A DNA stretch of 64,000 nucleotides from the human T2T-CHM13v2.0 reference genome, Homo sapiens, in assembly GCF_009914755.1 (NCBI RefSeq), contig NC_060936.1. One strand, 5' to 3'. The position numbers were made by a program, and so were the translations under genes. Of this stretch, positions 61,101 to 64,000 are shown in pieces. The notes below the pieces were generated by a model. That model ran no database searches. It was given only the letters and a program-made list of their open reading frames with translations, and was not told where the DNA came from. Position 1 is the stretch's first letter. Every line of letters starts with the position of its first letter.

Positions 61101-64000
61101 CCTTATCAGGACTTGCCTGGTAGAAGTCCCTGGACTGAGCCAGATAACTAAATTGGGACCATTGGTGCTTGTGTTGCCTTTTGTACCGGGTACCCTTTAC
61201 GCCTTGTTTGCTTTTTGTTGGAGATATTTATCTCCTTGTAAAAAGTGCAGTTCTTTCCCTACCCCAGTCATGAGGCTCTGGCTCAGAGGAGGTACAAGAT
61301 TGTAGCAAAAAATTTGAGAGCTGGGCCACCCTGGGGCCTGCCGGACCAGGGGCATACTGGGGCCAGTGTGCACTCTCTGAAGGGACAACTGTGATTTATT
61401 CTGGCTAATCATTGTCGTGTAGGATCACAGGCTGATTGCTAGCACATTTGCCAGTTTTTCAAAAGAAATTAGAACCTATATTTTTAATCAAAAGTCTTTT
61501 GATTTGTAAATAGTGGCAACCAATTCATATATGTCTTCAATGTATAGTGAAATCTGGTCAGTAGGCTGCCCCTGCTCTCTCTGACGTAGAACATACCGAT
61601 TCACCCTTTGTTTTCTGTTCAGAGCAGACTACTTCAAATTAAGGAAAAGAGTACAAAACCAACAACAAACTCTCCATGGCCCTTGAGGTTATCTTCCTCT
61701 TCCAGTGGCTTCCAGTGGGAATCAGAACAGGTCAGGCAGTCTCCTCTTTGCCACTAAATGCTTTGCCCAAAGAAAGACCAGATTTCATTTGGCTTTGGGA
61801 TCAAAGCTGGGGCTGGAGGGTGGAGGTGTCAAGCCAGGCCAGGCAAAGGGAGATTTGAAGCCAGAGCAGGTGGGCGCATCTCCCAGGAAACCCTGCATCA
61901 TTCTTTCCTGGTGATTCTTTCCTTCTTTGTTATGGTTCACATGAGTCTATGGAGTGCTCATTCTACATTCTCCGTTCTTATCTTCATCCTATGCAACTTT
62001 AGACCGCTACTGTTTTTTAAAAGTGATTTGATTTGGGCTGTAACCTTTTTTTATTGTTGTTAGCTTTGACTTTGAAATGTGTAATAAAGATTCAAGTGAG
62101 CATTAGAAGTTTTTTTAAAAGTAGTGGTTTAAAAAAAAAAAAAAGAAAAAAGTGATTTAATAGCTGGTCTTCTTTTTTCCTTAAATCGTCACTTTCTTGT
62201 CAACTGAAAAACTAAGTCGAGTTACTAAAATGGCCGCACATTTAGGACTTAGAACAGCTGCCCTGGAAGTTAGAAGAAGTGCGTCAAGTATAGTTACAGC
62301 TTGGTCTGGTTGGCAGTGAGATGAGTATAGAACATGCTGCTTTTGTGGTGTATAACTCTAGAAGGGTTTAGGGGAGGTGGACATGGCTTCCCAAGAAGGT
62401 GGAAGATGGGGGCAGGAGGAGATGGCGTGCTTCCTCTTGGTGAGGGGTTGGGGTAGCATCCAGATTGGCTTTAGAGATCGGATTAAGCTTGAGTGTGCTG
62501 AGTGTCTAAGGAGATGAACAGGAAGTGAAAGATTCTCCCAGAAGAAAGGAATAGGGGAGGAAAGGTATACATGTGCTGGAGTGGGTGGCATCTGAGTCAG
62601 AGGGTTGGGGAGAAAGGTTAGATCCAAATCTTGAGGGTCTCCTTGCCTGCACTCCTAGAGCCATACTGAAGAGGAGCTGGACCTTCATCCTGGGGTGGCG
62701 GAAAAGCCCCGGGCACTTTAAGCAGGGGAATGACCATTGTTTTTCAGGGTAGTGTCTGAACATTCATTCATGCTGCCCTGGCAAGAGCAGTTGGCAATGA
62801 TGGCAAGACCGGGCAGTGTGGAGGTGGCCCAGGGACACGGGGTGCCTACTGTGTTTTGCCTGAACTGTGTTTTAAGAGGCTGCATAACCAAGCAGTTGCT
62901 GTGCACGTACAGCTTGGCATCTGAGTCTCCCACCCCCCGGCACCCCATGTTTGTTACCTGCCTGGTGCCTGTAGGCATTTGAGTTTGTAGCCCCTGGTTG
63001 AATTCTGACGGTACAGCCCTTTGGCTGGACACCATGCAGCTCAGCCAGGGGAGTAGCAGAAGATCAACTATGGACAGGTGTGACTTAGGAAGAGGTGGAG
63101 TTTGGGGTGCTGGGGAGAGGGACCGAACATCCCAGGGAGGGGAAATGGCATAGGCTGAAGTAAGGAGGGGGGTTGCAGTGAGTCGAGATTGTCACTGCAC
63201 TCCAGCCTGCCTGGGTGACAGAGCAAGACCCTGTCTCAAAAAGAAAAAAAAAAAAAGAAGTAGGAACTCTTCTGAGACCCACACCCTGGACGGGGCCAGA
63301 GACTAGCATGCTGGGGGCAGATTGGATTTGGGTGTGGTTACATGCACTCTGGGGTCAGACCCACTGAGTTTGAATCCAGCCCTGACTTCTCCTGCTGGGA
63401 CTTTGGGCAGATGATGTAACCTCTCTAAGCTTTGATTTCCTCATCCGTAAAATGACACTAATATTAGTATTACCTTTTAGGACTGTTCTGAGGTTTATAC
63501 AAGATAGCATGCCTCACACAACTAGCACAGTGCCTGGCTTATACAGAATGAGCATTGGGTGGATGTCAGCCATTATAATTAGGGTCAGGGGTCAGAGCAG
63601 GCATATCTGTTTTACAGAGTGCCTAAAATGCTGATGGCAGGAGTTTGGACCTGGTTGAGTTGGGCATGGGAGCTGCTAAATGTGTTTGGGCCAGAAAGCA
63701 AGTGATGACAGAGCATCTTCCTGCTGACATCTTGCCAGCTCGGGATGCTGTCTCTAGCCAACTTGATAAGCCCTGAGCTTAGAAACCCTGGGGTGGGTCA
63801 GCCCTGAATAGGGGTTACTTTTCCCTCTGGAGATTGAGAGGTGGATGGAGAGGAAACTGCCAGGCTATTCTGCAGTAGTAGGAGCCGGATTTGGCATTTT
63901 TCTCTCTGTGTCTGTCTCCCTGACCAGTCACTGAACTTCCCCAGGTCCCAGAAGCTCAGCTCAGTAGCTCAGTTCCTACTTCTTTTTTTTTTTTCTTGAG

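Overview
Human (primate) genomic DNA, GC-rich and very Alu-dense. I recognise it from the proteins as the DDX54-RITA1-IQCD(DRC10)-TPCN1 cluster (12q24.13 from memory). Layout: DDX54 (-, coding exons 1-10, rest runs off the left edge) <- CpG-island bidirectional promoter -> RITA1 (+, complete, 269 aa), converging on IQCD/DRC10 (-, complete, 449 aa once a 72-nt exon missing from the ORF track is added) <- second bidirectional promoter -> TPCN1 (+, first exons only). I read the exon boundaries from GT/AG sites and checked that the frames join. I did not find a clearly new biological system. The best leads are: (1) transposon-derived cassette exons that would switch the start codon and N-terminus of RITA1 (MIR) and TPCN1 (Alu); (2) a candidate in-frame TPCN1 cassette exon; (3) an all-phase-0 modular IQCD coiled-coil; (4) a four-layer nested insertion (Alu <- solo LTR <- AluY <- AluYb8); (5) a 184-bp locally templated MLT1 copy inside a younger Alu; (6) an hY4 retrocopy sharing a triplicated target site with an Alu; (7) a full bipartite CTCF site and an RFX X-box. 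Most other ORFs in the track are Alu translations or antisense shadows.
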